Origin: Takakia lepidozioides
Taxonomy: Eukaryota; Plantae; Bryophyta
Direction: 5' to 3'
NCBI GenBank assembly: GCA_030704615.1
Contig: CM060734.1
Location: 47,058,001 to 47,122,000 of the forward strand
Length of the DNA: 64,000 nucleotides
Shown here: one piece after another, positions 62,314 to 64,000 of the stretch
Layout: each line of letters starts with the position of its first letter
Numbering within the stretch: position 1 is the first letter of the stretch
Made by a program: the position numbers and the translations under genes
Notes under the pieces: model-generated
Database searches by the model: none
Seen by the model: the letters and a program-made list of their open reading frames with translations, nothing else
What the model was told of the DNA's origin: nothing

Positions 62314-64000
62314 ATGGAGATCCATGATGGGGGGCCGCCCTCGACAGTACCTGAGGATTTTGTGCCAGAGAATTCTTCGACAGGGGAAGTGCGAGCGGCT
62401 GAAGCTGAGAAATCCAAGAGTCGGGCCGTCTCAGACGCAGATGATGAAGAAGACGTGTGTCGAATTTGCAGGACGCCTGGGGAGGATGATTCCCCTCTCT
62501 ATTATCCGTGTGCATGTAGCGGCAGCATTAAGTATGTTCATCAGGAATGCCTTTTGCAGTGGCTAAGTCATAGCAATGCCCGGCAGTGCGAGGTACGTGT
62601 TGTACGTATTACTCATATTGTTATATAGGTGTCACTGTGCCACGGAGGGGCAGGGATTCGTGAAACATATTCAACTTGACATAACAGATTTTGTCAATTG
62701 TGAAGCTGAAATTGATTAACTTCTGCCTCCAGGTGAGGCAGAGGGAGGGGAAGACGAGAGAGACGTTGAAATTCATGACAAAAGTTTGATTCTATGCTGT
62801 CCCAGCATGCCCAGGTCTCCTCAAAGGGGCAGTGATTCTCATGGATATTCTCTAAGCCAGCTTTGCTGCTGTGCATGGGCTGTGTGTGGCGTCCTCTTTG
62901 ACGTCTGGCCAGCAGAGGCTACAACTGCATGAATTCTGCCAGAGTGAACCCTGTAACTAAGGCCAGAGATGTTTCCATGTCAATCTACTACGTGGGTTAG
63001 CAGCCATGGGATTCCTATCTGATGGAAGAATGGTCCTAGAGCAAGAAGTACTTGCAGAGACTGAATGGCATTGCCCTTATTATGCGATGCATGGCTTTTG
63101 CTCAGTCCTTCCTTATATAACTGTCTTATGTCAGGGACTTCAGATTAGGTCTAAGACTTGAGTGTATCCATTAACGTTTTTGTTCAAGTGGAAGTGACCG
63201 AGGGCCGGATATTGCATTTGGGCAATTTAGTTTAGGTCTAACCTCGTGGCTAGACAATCTTTACGCACAGCAGTTGGAAGCTCTTCAAAGTGGTAGTATT
63301 CCTGGTTTCCAGCTGAAGGAGTGGCTACTACTAGGGCCTTCTCATAGATGAAAAAAATAAACCTTTAATTTTGAAGCAGTTAAAGAAGTCTATGGGATTC
63401 TTGGTTCTCCTTTGCTAACCCTGCTAAGAAAGGATTAGAGATAAGGCTGGTCTGCACATTATGGAATCCAGACCCTGCTATTCCTTGCTCAGTTTGCCTC
63501 TAGAGTATTTACCCTGCCCATATCCTGGTTTTCTGTGAGGTTCTTCTACTCGCTGTCGTGTAGGTCTGAAGGATGAGTAGTATGCATACTATCTGGGTTT
63601 CTCCACATTATGAATTTGGGAATGAGTTCCTGGATAAGGTCATGGTTCTAAACATTGATTTATGTGTGCGTTTATATGTGTGTAGGTGTGCAAGCACCCG
63701 TTTTCTTTTTCTCCAGTTTATGCAGATAATGCGCCAGCCATGCTCCCCTTCCAGGAGCTGGTGCTGGGCATGACAGTTAAAGCCGGGAGGGGTGCACGTT
63801 TCTTTGTTCGTCTAGCATTTGTGCTATCTGTCTGGCTTTTATTCATCCCCTTCACGACTTTTTGGATATGGAGGTTCACTTTTGTGCGGAGCTTTGCTCA
63901 GGCTCAGCGCCTGTTCCTCAGCCGCTGTTCACCCGGTCTGCTACTCACGGATTGTTTGCATGGATTTCTGTTGTCAGCGGGAATCGTCTTCATCTTTTTG
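62314..64000 (+). CDS. SUD1: RING-CH E3 ubiquitin ligase SUD1/CER9 (Doa10/MARCH6 ortholog), 5' part; exons 62314-62592 and 63686->64000
   Basis: [44 protein letters not shown]|[41 protein letters not shown]. Runs off the window. Confidence 0.94.

Overview
Eukaryotic nuclear DNA from a non-seed land plant (bryophyte, lycophyte or fern; inferred from an ERK7/MAPK15 kinase, a RecQ6/RecQ886-type helicase and a long PLS-DYW gene). Apparently intact genes: a 20-exon RecQ helicase (+), an intronless MAPK15 (-), a PLS-class PPR-DYW RNA-editing factor (-), an SF2/SR34-type splicing factor (-, one apparent frameshift in a G run) and the start of a SUD1/Doa10 E3 ligase (+). The rest is largely TE-derived: two L1 LINE copies, RTE-X-like LINE ends, a Copia element, a solo LTR, hAT MITEs and tRNA-derived SINEs, plus a GDP-mannose pyrophosphorylase pseudogene. 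Main result: spliced upstream exons missed by the ORF track add a transit-peptide-like leader and up to three OSB/PTAC9-type PDF ssDNA-binding motifs to the PPR-DYW deaminase. Intron-containing fragments of this same PDF-PPR family are cargo in two different DNA elements in the window: a 6.3-kb Pack-CACTA nested in the Copia, and a 5.2-kb Helitron/Helentron-like element. All exon coordinates were read by eye and need transcript confirmation.
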